From Octopus vulgaris (lineage: Eukaryota), in the NCBI GenBank assembly GCA_951406725.2, contig OX597836.1, positions 26,846,001 through 26,910,000 of the forward strand: 64,000 bases of DNA, read 5' to 3'. Every line of letters begins with the position of its first letter. Position 1 is the stretch's first letter. Both the position numbers and the translations under genes were made by a program. The notes beneath the pieces are model-generated. The model was not told where the DNA came from. It made no database searches and saw only the letters and a list, made by a program, of their open reading frames with translations. Below, piece by piece: positions 11,750 through 24,460 of the stretch.

Positions 11750-13950
11750 TCCCTTCCAGACCTAGAATTACGTGGTGGTGGAATAGTGCAGTAGATAAAG
11801 CCATCTGTGAAAAGAGACGGGCCTGGAAAGCCTGGAAGGATGGGGGCAGCAGGGAACTGTACCAGATAGCCAAAAGGGAGGCTGGGCGGCAGGTATACAT
11901 TGCCAAAGATGTAGCAGAAAAGAAGAAGTTTGCCAATGTCCAGCGTCGCGAGGATCAAAGAGCTGAAGTATTTCGGATTGCCAGACAGTGTGTCAGAGAA
12001 AATAGCGATGTTATAGGAGAGAAATGTGTCCGCATGGATGATGGGGCACTTGCTTTTACTACTAGTGAAAAGAAAGAGGCTTGGAGAAGCCATTATGAAA
12101 GACTGCTGAATGAGGAGAATGAATGGGAGGAGGAGAGCCTGCCAAATGTTGACCCAGTAGAGGGACCAGCTACCCGAATAGACAGCTCCCTTGTAGATAA
12201 GGCAATTAAGGATATGAAACCAGGCAAAGCCCCTGGCCTATCAGGAATCACTGCTGAGATGCTTAAAACAGCTGGCTATGTGGGCTATGCCATAGTCACC
12301 CGCATTGTAAACCAGGTAGTTCACAATGGAGTCATACCCAATGACTGGTGCAGCAGCACCATAGTCAACTGCTACAAGGGTAAGGGTGATGCTCTAGATA
12401 GAAATAACTACAGAGGTATCAAACTGTTGGACCAGGTGATGAAGGTCTCAGAGAAGGTCATAACCAATCTCATTAGGGAGAGAATTTGTTTAGATGAAAT
12501 GCAGTTCGGTTTTGTACCAGGTAGAAGCACCACTGATGCTATATTCCTGGTCCGACAACTGCAGGAGAAGTACCTAGCTAAAGATAAACCCCTCTACATA
12601 GCTTTTGTAGACTTGGAGAAAGCCTTTGACAGGGTTCCCCGTTCCCTTATCTGGTGGTCGATGCGGAAACTGGAGATTGAAGAATGGCTAATAAGGGCTG
12701 TACAGGCTCTATACAGAGAGGCTGTCAGCAAGGTTAGGATTGGCAACGAATATAGTGAAGAATTCCGGGTAGAAGTAGGTGTGCACCAGGGCTCAGCCCT
12801 CAGTCCCCTTTTATTCATCATAGTCCTTCAGGCAATAACAGAGGAATTCAAAACGGGATGCCCCTGGGAGCTCCTCTATGCCGATGACCTAGCTCTCATA
12901 GCAGAATCACTACCGGAACTAGAAGAGAAATTTCGGGTGTGGAAGCAAGGGTTGGAATCAAAGGGCCTTAGAATAAATGTAGCAAAGACCAAAGTATTAG
13001 TAAGCAGCAAGAGGTACTCAGCACACATCCCCTCGGGTAGGTGGCCCTGCTCAACCTGTAGGATAGGTACAGGTAGAAACTCCATAAGATGCACCCAATG
13101 TAAGTTATGGACACATAAGAGGTGCAGCAACATTAAAGGGAAATTAACAGATAAGATAGCTTTCATGTGCGGCAGATGCACAGGGACAATAGACACAACA
13201 GACACTCAGAAAACAGATTCCATCACACTCCAGGGAGAGAAACTAGAAGTAGTTGATAGTTTCCGCTACCTGGGTGACCAAGTTAGTAGCGGAGGTGGAT
13301 GCACAGAGAGTATCACCACTAGAATACGAATAGCCTGGGCAAAGTTCAGAAAGCTCCTACCCCTACTGGCAACAAAAGGTCTCTCCCTCAGAGCAAAAGG
13401 TAGATTGTATGATGCATGTGTGTGAACTGCCATGCTTCACGGTAATGAAACATGGGCTGTGACTGCAGAAGACATGCGTAGACTTGAAAGAAATGAAGCT
13501 AGCATGATCCGCTGGATGTGTAGTGTCAGTGTGCACGCAAAACAGAGTGTAAGTATCCTGAGAGAAATGCTGGATATAAGAAGCATCAGATGTGGTGTGC
13601 AAGAGCGACGCTTGCGATGGTATGGTCATGTGCTGCGGATGGATGAAGAGAGATGTGTGAAGAAGTGCCACTCCCAAACAGTTGAAGGTATCAGGGGGAG
13701 AGGTAGACCCAGGAAGACATGGGATGAGGTGGTCAAGCATGACCTCAGAGCATTGGGCCTCACTGAGGCAATGGCGAAGGACCGAGATCTCTGGAGATAT
13801 GCTGTGACTACAAAGACCCGGGCTGCTTTCTGCAGCAATTCCACATACCCCCTACCCATTCTAAGTACCCCGGATCCCCAAAGTACCCTGGATCCCCAAA
13901 GTACCCCGATCCCCAAAGTACCCCGGACCTCGTTGCCCCCGTGCCGCTGA
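11749..13950 (+). pseudogene. RTE reverse-transcriptase frame with one premature stop (13423-13425); endonuclease domain lost
   Basis: One reading frame: WWWN..KAPG..NYRGIKLL..QFGFVPGRSTTDAIF..FVDLEKAFDRV..GVHQGSALSP..LLYADD..FRYLG..YDACV*TAMLHG..RLRWYGHVLRM..RGRGRPRKTW. Confidence 0.95.
13863..13927 (+). repeat. 18-bp tandem repeat at the RTE ORF end/3'UTR
   Basis: AAGTACCCCGGATCCCCA, about 3.5 copies. Confidence 0.85.
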
Positions 13951-14197
13951 CACGTTAAAATGCTCGAACCGATCGTGACGATGCCGGACCCTCCGGCCCC
14001 TGTGCAGGTGGCACGTAAAAAGCACCCAATCCACTCACGGAGTGGTTGGCGTTAGGAATGGCATCCAGCCGTAGAAACTCTGCCAGATTCAGACTGGAGC
14101 CTGGAGCGGCCCCTGGCTTCCCAGACCCGGTCGAACCGTCCAACCCGTGCTAGCGCGGAAAGCGGACGTTAAACGATGATGATGATGATGATGATGA

Positions 14198-14240
<43 letters not shown>

Positions 14241-14242
<2 letters not shown>

Positions 14243-14650
14243 CATGGTTGTGTGGTAAGGGGCTTGCTTGCCAACCACATGGTTCCAGGGTCAGTCTCAC
14301 TAAGGGGAACCTTAGACAAGTGTCTTCTACTATAGCCTTGGGCCAACAAAAGCCTTGTGAGTGAATTTGGTAGACGGAAACTGAAAGGAACCCGTTGTAT
14401 ATATACATATGTACATATATCTATGTGTCTTTCTGTCTGTGTTTGTCACCCCGATCCCCACACCACTTGACAACTGGTGTTAGTGTATTTGTGTCCCTGT
14501 AACCTAGTGGTTCAGCAAAAGAGACTGATAAAATAAGTATCAGGCTTAAAAAAGAAGTGCTGGGGTCAATTCATTCAACCAAAGGTTCTTCAAGGTGCTG
14601 CTCTAGCATGACCACTATCTAATGACTGAAACAAGTAAAAGATAAAAGAT
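14241..14650 (+). mobile_element. SINE family A
   Basis: Head ggcatggttgtgtggtaag to tail gactgaaacaagtaaaagataaaag. Followed by an inverted partial copy at 14655-14796. Confidence 0.8.
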
Positions 14651-15164
14651 ATACATGATGGGCTTCTTTCAGTTTCCTTCTACCAAATCCACTGACAAGG
14701 CTTTGGTCGGCCTGAAGCTGTAGTAGAAGACTCTTGCCCCAGGTGCCACACAGTGGGATTGAACCTGAAACCTTGTGATTGGGAAACAAGTTTCTTTCCT
14801 TTTCCAGTATCATGCATTGTCCCCTATTACATTTTAAAGATATGGCATGATTTAAGGGGAATTTGGTTGTTATTTCTAGCATGTGGAACAACTAAAACAT
14901 GGTTTCTTCTGTTGGCTTGTTGCTATTGTTGTGGTGGTGATGATGATGATGATGATATAACTGATGCTGATTTTGTTGTTGTTGTTGTTGGCATTTTGAT
15001 GATGACCGCATTGGAGGTCAATCACCTTTCCTTCCTTCTTGATAATGATGATGATGATGATGATGATAACAACAACAACAACAACAATCATTATAATGAT
15101 AGCATATATACAATATGATAACATATATACAAGCTTGTGTATGCATATGTGTATATGTATATGT

Positions 15165-15202
<38 letters not shown>

Positions 15203-15526
15203 TTCCATTGTAATTGTTAAGAGGTAATCTATTAATGATTCCAAGTTTGTTTGCCGTCGTCCTCCCTCCCTCCCCCCCTCGCTACCCACCACTTCTTGTC
15301 TCTCTTTCTTTCTCCTTCCTTGTCTTCTGTTATTGTTTGTCTTTCTGGTGGTTTTCGCTGGCTTTTGTGGTGGTTGATCTTATTAAAGAATTGCAATGGA
15401 GAGACGACAAAAGTCACACCAGGCTTTGGTAGCATACTAACACATCTCTCTCTCTCTCTCTATCTATCTATCTACTTGTCTGTCTTTCTGCCTGCCTGTC
15501 TGTCTATCTATCTATCTATCTATCTA

Positions 15527-15565
<39 letters not shown>

Positions 15566-15671
15566 ATCAATCTATGTATCTATCTATCTGTGTGTATGTA
15601 TGTATAATATATATATATATATATGCATATAAACATACACACAGATATATATATGTGTATGTATATATATC

Positions 15672-17305
15672 ATCATCATTATCATCATCATCATCATTTA
15701 ACGTCCGCTTTCCATGCTAGCATGGGTTGGACGGTTCAACTGGGGTCTGGGGAGCCCGAAAGCTGCACCAGTCCAGTCAGATCTGGCAGTGTTTCTACAG
15801 CTGGATGCCCTTCCTAACGCCAACCACTCCAAGAGTGTAGTGGGTGATTTTATGTGCCACCGACACAGGTGCCAGACGAGGCTGGCAAACGGCCACGCTC
15901 GGATGGTGTTTTTTATGTGCCACCGACACAGGTGCCAGACGAGGCTGGCAGACGGCCACGCTCGGATGGTGTTTTTATGTGCCACCGACACAGGTGCCAG
16001 ATGAGGCTAGCAAAACGGCCACGATCGGATGGAGCTTGTTACGTGCCCACAGCACGGAGGCCAGTCGATGCGGTACTGGCTACGGCCACGTTCGGATGGT
16101 TTTCTTGTGTGCCACGTGCCACCGGCACTGGTACCACAAGGATACAAATTCCATTGATGTTCATCTATTTTGATTTGTTTTGATTTGATTTTCACTTGCC
16201 TCAACAGGTCTTCACAAGTGTCACAAGAAGGAAGGTATGCACAGGTGGACTGACTACGTCCCAGGTAGGGGCCATGGGTTATGGCCTGACTAGTTTTGCC
16301 GGGTCTTCGGATGGTGTTTTTATGTGCCACCGACACAGGTGCTAGATGAGGCTGGCGAACGGCCACGATCGGATGGTGTTTGTCATGTGCCCACCGCACT
16401 GACTACAGCACTGATGGATTTCTTGTGTGCCACAGGCACTGGTACCACAAGATACAAATTCCATTGATGTTCATCTATTTTGTCTATTTTGATTTGATTT
16501 TCACTTGCCTCAACCGGTCTTCACAAGTGTCACAAGAGGAAGGTATGCACAGGTGGACTGACTAGTCTTGCCGGGTCTTCGGAAGGTGTTTTTATGTGCC
16601 ACCGACACAGGTGCCAGATGAGGCTGGCGAATGGCCATGATCGGATGGTGTTTGTTACGTGCCCACAGCACGGAGGCCGGTCGATGCGGAACTGGCTACG
16701 GCCAGCCACGTTCGGATGGTTCTCTTGTGTGCCACCGGCACTGGTACCACAAAGTGTGTGCCACCGGCACTGGTACCACAAAGATACAGATTCCATTGAT
16801 GTTCATCTATTTTGATTTGTTTTGATTTTGATTTTCACTTGCCTCAACAGGTCTTCACAAGTGTCACAAGAAGGAAGGTATGCACAGGTGGACTGACTAC
16901 GTCCCAGGTAGGGGCCATGGGTTATGGCCTGACTAGTCTTGCCGGGTCTTCGGATGGTGTTTTTATGTGCCACCGACACAGGTGCTAGATGAGGCTGGCG
17001 AACGGCCACGATCGGATGGTGTTTGTCATGTGCCCACAGCACGGAGGCCAGTCGATGCGGTACTGGCTACGGCCACTTTCGGATGGTTTTCTCTTGTGTG
17101 CCACCGGCACTGGTACCACAAAGATACAAATTCCATTGATGTTCATCTATTTTGATTTGTTTTGATTTGATTTTGATTTTGATTTTCACTTGCCTCAACA
17201 GGCCTTCACAAGTATCACAAGGAGGAAGGTATGCACAGGTGGACTGACTACGTCCCAAGTAGGGGCCATGGTTTATGGCCTGACTAGTCTTGCCGGGTCT
17301 TCGGA
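15672..17305 (-). repeat. RTE-3'UTR-derived element expanded into a complex tandem array
   Basis: 15690-15850 is the reverse complement of the RTE tail (14010-14199). It is followed by ~63-bp subrepeats and four 270-370-bp units starting near 15977, 16321, 16593 and 16965. Confidence 0.85.
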
Positions 17306-17634
<329 letters not shown>

Positions 17635-17922
17635 TTGTGCATGTGTGCATGTATTTTTCCCTCTTAAATCTGCAGTGAAGATCTGCTCTGGCATGTCTTA
17701 AGCTCTATAAATATATCTCTTAAGATTCACTCTAAAACTCAGAATCCCATTTGACCCTCTGATCTTTAACATAAAAACTGCAACAGGTGTTTTGCCCTTC
17801 GCTAACCAAATGTGTACAGAAACTGAATTTCTTAGCAGTAAAAACGGTTAATAAAACCCATGATACAAAATTTACACAAAGTGATGAATAAAAGGTTGTA
17901 CCCTAATTATACACCTACATAC

Positions 17923-17958
<36 letters not shown>

Positions 17959-17985
17959 CTATATACATACATACACTGACAAACA

Positions 17986-18262
17986 AAGACCCACTCTGGT
18001 CGTGAATGACCAAGGAATTGCACCTAAAAACTTATCCTTCTAGTTTGGGTAAGGTTGTTTAGGGAAGACCAGCAGTCGCTCATGCTTACCAGCCTCTCCT
18101 CTCCACTCTACTGATGTTATCGAAGGGAAAGGCAACGGGGCCGATACAGCTTGGCACAAGTGACGTTGCAACTCATTTCTACAGCTGAGTGAACTGGTGT
18201 AATGTGAAATAAAGTGTCTTTTTCAAGAACATATCATACAGCCTGATCCAGGAATTGAACAC
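17986..18262 (-). mobile_element. SINE family E (CORE-like domain), head partly missing
   Basis: Minus strand gttcaattcctgg...gttcttgaaaaagacactttatttcacatt..ccagttcactcagctgtagaaatgagttgcaacgtcac. A fragment also lies at 34990-35060. Confidence 0.65.
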
Positions 18263-18272
18263 AATTATTATT

Positions 18273-18747
18273 GTGTGAAAGAGCAGCACATGCCATCAAA
18301 GAGATACTGGGGTAAAATATACGAAGCCCAGTATACCCATCATGACTACTTGTCTAATAAGGGTACACCAGGCACATGCATCACAACCATATGTGCGCGA
18401 CATGGTGACCTTTTATCAAGATAAACAGTGCATGACCTTGCAGGTGGGGCTCAGTTAGAATTTCCTTCAGGTCGAGTAGGCCATCCCACTCAAAAGGTCC
18501 CTGAATAAGGGTTGTTTAAGGATGTTGAACAAAACACTCATGTTTCCGGAGGTGAATTATCCAAATCCAAAAGAATTCCTTTCAACACATGGCTATGATG
18601 CCCCCCCCCTCCCACCACTACTTCTGCTCGTGATCAGAGATGCACATTTCGTCAGTCACTAAGGGACATGCTCAACTGGTTAAGGTCAAACAATTGATAA
18701 GCAAATCTGTGGTATTGAGCAGAATATTTGCTGAAGCCCATCTTTTT
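18273..18747 (-). mobile_element. Non-coding (TAA)n-associated retroposon family G, 5'-truncated
   Basis: Reverse complement of the 20956-21511 element lacking its first ~90 bp. Flanked by (ATT)n. Confidence 0.8.
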
Positions 18748-18776
18748 ATTATTAGAAATCATCATCATCATCATCA

Positions 18777-18835
<59 letters not shown>

Positions 18836-18837
18836 TG

Positions 18838-19022
18838 ATAAAAATTCTCAGCGTATTTTGATGGGTATGATGGAAAGTGTCAGCTGTCCACATCCAGCAG
18901 ACTAAGGTGACACTTGTTTACCAGTCAAGCTTCAAGGACCTTGTGAAGAATTCTTGCAATTTCAAGCAATGCTGAAAGTGTTCTATCCTTACATTTGTAG
19001 CAATACTTTTTGAGCCATGTTG
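18838..19022 (-). mobile_element. R4/Dong-like (RLE-type) LINE extreme 3' fragment in (TAA)n
   Basis: Translation ..ALLEIARILHKVLEA* resembles the family C-terminus ALLGTARILRKVL. Flanked by (TAA)n on both sides. Confidence 0.65.
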
Positions 19023-19026
19023 TATA

Positions 19027-19088
<62 letters not shown>

Positions 19089-19429
19089 CATTATTACTAT
19101 TATCTTTATCGTTATTTATGTCTAATTCCAATGTATATGCAATCTACAACACCAAAAAGTTATTTGTAGAAAAATTTCGTTTAAAACTATCCATTTTGCT
19201 AAAAGTTATGAAGAGACAAAATCGGTGGGCAGGTATGTTCAATCCATTAAGCCTCAGCATCTCAGTTGCCATTTGGTGATTGTGACACACCTTCTGGGGG
19301 TGGGTGGAGATAATTTGAAGGAATCAAGTGTTCATGTAGTATGGCATTTGATATACCTGTATTTGGCTATGTTATTGGACTACATTTCTCTGAACACCGA
19401 CTGGTCAATGGCTTGCATTTATCTTACAC

Positions 19430-19626
19430 ATACTTACGTACATACATACATACATACATACATACATGCATACACACATGCATACTTACACACATGCATA
19501 CTTACACACATGCATATGTATATCCATAGCTATATCTATCTATCCGAATACATACACACATTTATATGCATACATACATTCATATACACACACCTATACA
19601 TATATATATACATCCATACATGTATG

Positions 19627-19663
<37 letters not shown>

Positions 19664-19751
19664 GTATATATGTATATATATATCATCATCATCATCATCA
19701 TCATACATTCATATACACACACCTATACATATATATATACATCCATACATG

Positions 19752-19802
<51 letters not shown>

Positions 19803-19919
19803 GTATATATGTATATATATATCATCATCATCATCATCATCATCGTTATATATATATATGTATTCATACATACATATATACATCCATACATGTATGTGTG
19901 TGTGTGTATATATATATAT

Positions 19920-19975
<56 letters not shown>

Positions 19976-20143
19976 ATGTGTATATATACGTACATACATA
20001 TATACACACCTATATATATACATATATCTTCAGCAGTCTATGCATCTACCTACTTATCTCTACAAATATGTTTACATACATACACATACATTCATATACA
20101 TCTACATATATGCACATATACTTACATATGTATACAATTACAC

Positions 20144-20175
<32 letters not shown>
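19430..20175. repeat. Compound microsatellite with a ~130-bp unit duplicated (about 19576 and 19705)
   Basis: (CATA)/(TA)/(TATG)/(CAT) mosaic; the block acattcatatacacacacctatacat...tcatcatc occurs twice. Confidence 0.85.
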
Positions 20176-20177
<2 letters not shown>

Positions 20178-20808
20178 GATGCCGAGCTATGTTCTCATGT
20201 ATCACTGTCCATTTATACATTTTGCATGATCACATGTTAGTAATTCCATCTTGTCAGCGAACCAGTTGAGAAAGGGTCAGCTGCGGTCAGAGAAATAAAC
20301 TGAAATAAAATAATAATACATTTTCTTCTTCTACAACAACTAAACTGTAAGCTGTAAACAGCAGCTTGCCTTCTTGCTCCCACTCTTGGTCACTTCATTC
20401 GACGCTAATACAATCCTATTGAATTATATCTTCTACACCACTTAACATACCACACACACACACACACATAGACACAACACACATACACACACATACGCAT
20501 ACACACGCACACACAAACACATATGCACATGCGCGTACACACGCACACACATACATGCGCACACACGTATGCGCACGACTCTACAATTTGTTTTGCGTCA
20601 CTTTTCGAGTGGTAAAGCTAATGACAACAACAGCAATAACAATAACAATGACGACGATGATGGTGATGATGATGATGATGATGACGATGATGATGATTTC
20701 TTTTATTTGCCACCTGGGCGACAGATGTAGAGGACAATACAATGATGGACATAAATTGTGGGGACTGAATGAGGAAAAACAAAACAAGTAAATATGCTCC
20801 CAATAATA

Positions 20809-20854
<46 letters not shown>

Positions 20855-20856
20855 TA

Positions 20857-20918
20857 AGCTTTGCGCAGAGGCGGTACCATGGCCAATGAGGTAAATCCGA
20901 GGTGTGGTTATTGCTAGT

Positions 20919-20922
<4 letters not shown>
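20857..20922 (+). pseudogene. RNU4: U4 snRNA 5' fragment (nt ~1-66), retrocopy
   Basis: AGCTTTGCGCAGAGGCGGTACCATGGCCAATGAGGTAAATCCGAGGTGTGGTTATTGCTAGTTGAA aligns with the metazoan U4 5' end (AGCUUUGCGCAG..GCCAAUGAGG...AUCCGAGG....UUAUUGCUA.UUGAA). It has no 3' half or Sm site and is flanked by (TAA)n. Confidence 0.85.
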
Positions 20923-20955
<33 letters not shown>

Positions 20956-20957
<2 letters not shown>

Positions 20958-21511
20958 GCCCTGATGCAGTACCAGGCAGTGGCTCTCACGGCTTCTGATC
21001 TTAACTGATTGGAAGTGTTATCATGTACATTGTTTTGTCTTGGTATAAAAGATGGGCTACAGCAAATATTCTGCTCAATACCACAGATTTGCTTGTCAGT
21101 TGTTTGACCTTAACCAGTTGAGCATGTCCCTTAGTGGCTGACGATATGTGCATCTCTGATCACGAGCAGAAGTAGTGGGGGAGCATCATAGCCATGTGTT
21201 GAGAGGGATTCTTTGGGGTTTGAATAATTCACCTCTGGAAACATGGGTGGTTCTTTCAACATCCTTAAGCAACTCTTATTCAGGGACCTTTTGAGCGGGA
21301 TGGGCTACTCAACCTGAAGAAAATTCTAACTGGGCCCCACCTGCAAGGTCATGTGCTGTTTATCTTGATATGAGATCACCATGTTGCGCACATATGGTTG
21401 TGATGCATGTGCCTGGTGTACCCTTATCAGACGGGTAGTCATGATGGGTATATTGGGCTTCGTATATTTTACCCCAGTGTCACTTTGATGGCATGCACTG
21501 CTCTCTCACTC
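20956..21511 (+). mobile_element. Non-coding (TAA)n-associated retroposon family G, full length
   Basis: ATGCCCTGATGCAG...CTCTCTCACTC-(AAT)n. Tandem second copy follows. Confidence 0.85.
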
Positions 21512-21555
<44 letters not shown>

Positions 21556-21567
21556 TAATAATAGTAA

Positions 21568-22109
21568 ATGCCCTGATGCAATACTGGGCAGTGGCTCTTG
21601 TGGCTTCTGATCTTAACTGATTGGAAGTGTTATCATGTAAATTGTTTTGTCTTGGTATAAAAGATGGGCTACAGCAAATATTCTGCTCAATTCCACAGAT
21701 TTGCTTGTCAGTTGTTTGACCTTAACCAGTTAAGCATGTCCCTTAGTGGCTGACGATATGTGCATCTCTGATCATGAGCAGAAGTAGTGGGGGGGGGGCA
21801 TCATAGCCATGTGTTGAGAGGAATTCTTTGGGGTTTGGATAATTCACCCCTGGAAATATGGGTGTTTCATTGAACATTGTTAAACAACCCTTATTCAGGG
21901 ATTTTTTGAGCTGGATGAGCTACTCAACCTGAAGAAAATTCTAACTGGGTCCCACCTGCAAGGTCATGTGCTGTTTATCTTGATATGAGATCACCGTGTC
22001 TTGCACATATGGTTGTGATGCATGTGCCTGGTGTACCCTTATCAGACAGGTAGTCATGGTGTCATGGTGCCCCAGTGTCACTTTGATGGTATGCACTGCT
22101 CCTTCACTC
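21568..22109 (+). mobile_element. Family G, second tandem copy
   Basis: Same start and end as 20956-21511, more diverged, with an internal deletion near 22060. Confidence 0.85.
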
Positions 22110-22124
22110 AACAGCAACAACAAT

Positions 22125-22338
22125 CATTTCTATTATAAGCATGAGCCCAGAAATTTTTGGGGAGGGGACTAGCCAATTACATTGACCTCAGTACTCAACT
22201 GGTACTTAATTTATCGACCCTGAAAAGATGAAAGGCAAAGCCGACCTTGGCGGAATTTGAACTCAAAACATAGATAGACAAAATGCCACTAAGTATTTTT
22301 TCCCTGCACGCTAACAATTCTGCCAACTCACCGCCTTC
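22125..22338 (-). mobile_element. SINE family B
   Basis: Minus-strand head ggcggtgagttggcagaattgttagc plus the conserved central domain. Confidence 0.8.
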
Positions 22339-22354
22339 AAAATAATAATAATAA

Positions 22355-22389
<35 letters not shown>

Positions 22390-22878
22390 ATGATGATGAT
22401 GATGATGATGATGATAAATAATAATAATGTGTAGTGTAGCGTTAAAACTATATTTTATCTTATTTGGGGCCAAGCAATTTCCTGTATATTAAATGCAGTT
22501 TTTGTTATGTTATTTTATCCTTTGTGGTGGAATATTCTCCCTCTGCCCTTCATATCACATTACCATTTCTGGTGATTCCATCGAGTAAATTTTAGATTTG
22601 GGTTCACTCAGATGCACCAAATTATATTTGCAAGGTTTCAGCTGAAATTACACGGTAATGTGCATGTGTGTATGTATGTATGTATGTATGTATGTGTGTA
22701 TGTATGTATATGTATGTATGTATGTATGTGTGTGTGTATGTATGTATGTATGTATGTGTGTATGTATGTATGTACACACACACATATGTATGTACATACA
22801 CATATACATATATAAATATTGTTATGTAAACATATAAATATTAATATGCAAATATATACATATATATGTATATATCTA

Positions 22879-22929
<51 letters not shown>

Positions 22930-23267
22930 ATATCTATATATATATATATCCTCTCTTTCTTTCTCCATGTGTGTTTGTGTGTGTGCATTTGTTGCTGGAT
23001 TTATGGTGTGTGTGGGTGGGGAGTGGACCTGGTTCTTGTTGAAACTGTTTGTCAGGAAGTGAATTTTGGATAAGATGGAGGAGAAAGAAAGAAAGAAAGA
23101 AAGATAGAAAGAAGAAGAGGAAGAAGAAGAGGAAGAAGAAGAAAAAAAAAGAAGGTGAGGTGGGAGAGAAAAAGAAGACAAAAAGTGAATGAGAATGAAG
23201 GAAAAACATAATAATAATAATAATAATAATAATACATTCTGGTTTATTGGCCACAAGGGCTAACATA

Positions 23268-23340
<73 letters not shown>

Positions 23341-23442
23341 CAATTATAATAATGATGATTGGGGAAAAAACGAAGATAAAGCAAGAGGAAGTATAGGAGA
23401 AAAGAATTATTATTATTGATGATGATGATGATGATGATGATG

Positions 23443-23501
<59 letters not shown>

Positions 23502-23719
23502 ATCATCATCATTATCATTTATGACCATCAGCTTAGCAAGTCACGCTTGACCTCGCTCTGTGGATTTTTATAAACAAAACCACCAATAGCTTTTGTGTAC
23601 ACTTCTAGAATTTGTATCATCGTGGACAACAAGTTAATTGCTGTCATCTAGTGAGTTGCTTTTCGTGTGTTGTACCCCAGTCTTTGGGGAGATCTTGGTT
23701 TAATTTGCTTGCGTTGTGA

Positions 23720-23809
23720 AACTTTTTCCGTTTTCGTATTCATCTATGGAGAAAACTTCTCTGGATGCAGTGCCGCTCATGTCTGAGAGAGAGAAAGAGA
23801 TAGATAGAT

Positions 23810-23860
<51 letters not shown>

Positions 23861-23861
23861 C

Positions 23862-23905
<44 letters not shown>

Positions 23906-24460
23906 AGCAGCGTCATCAGATGGAAATGAGAGAGGGTGCAAGCCTTGCGCAATATGTCGTCCCATTTGAAAAGACAGATAAGTCCGTTTTTAACAGGAAC
24001 GAAGTCAAAATCGTTGATAAAGCAATTTTTTTTCAAGAAAGACCTATTGAAAAGCCATCCTGCCAACAACAACAACATCAACACTCTTTTTCAAGATGAA
24101 CAAACGGGAATAAGGATAGATTCAGTTGATAGCCGGATTCGTCCCACACACGACTGCAAGTGTTCAACATAAACCCACAGGTGAGTAATGCTCGGGCACA
24201 GGGCGAGTGCATGCAGGATAGTTTCGTAGCCCTGCATGCATCTTCGACATGCTCGGCTGACGGCACTTCCGTGCCTGTTGAGTTTATCTCGAACAGGTAA
24301 AGCTCCCCGGTAGCACTTCCAGGTCAGAGTCGAGGGAAGTTGTCTCGCATAGTCGCCGATTGGAACTTTCTTTTTCCCTCTGGCCGTTTGATCTCTAGTG
24401 GCTGCCTGCTTGTGGCCATGACTCTAGTTGTCCGTTCACACTCATCGATGGTCGCTCTCA
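23720..24460 (-). mobile_element. Tx1/L1-clade LINE ORF2 C-terminal relic
   Basis: Minus translation TLTWKCYRGALPVRDKL..CRRCMQGYETILHALALCP..RIRLSTESI includes a CCHC knuckle and is homologous to 63250-63480. Confidence 0.75.

Larger units (their letters stand above)
11748..14199 (+). mobile_element. RTE-clade LINE, 5'-truncated, with (GAT)n tail, inserted in (TA)n
   Basis: Contains the RT frame below. The 3'UTR ends gcggacgttaaacgatgatgat. (TA)n flanks both sides (11680-11747, 14200-14240). Confidence 0.95.

Noticed and set aside
20956-21015. HDV-like ribozyme at the start of family G
   Set aside because: P2/P3-like pairings exist, but no P1 or P1.1 could be assigned.
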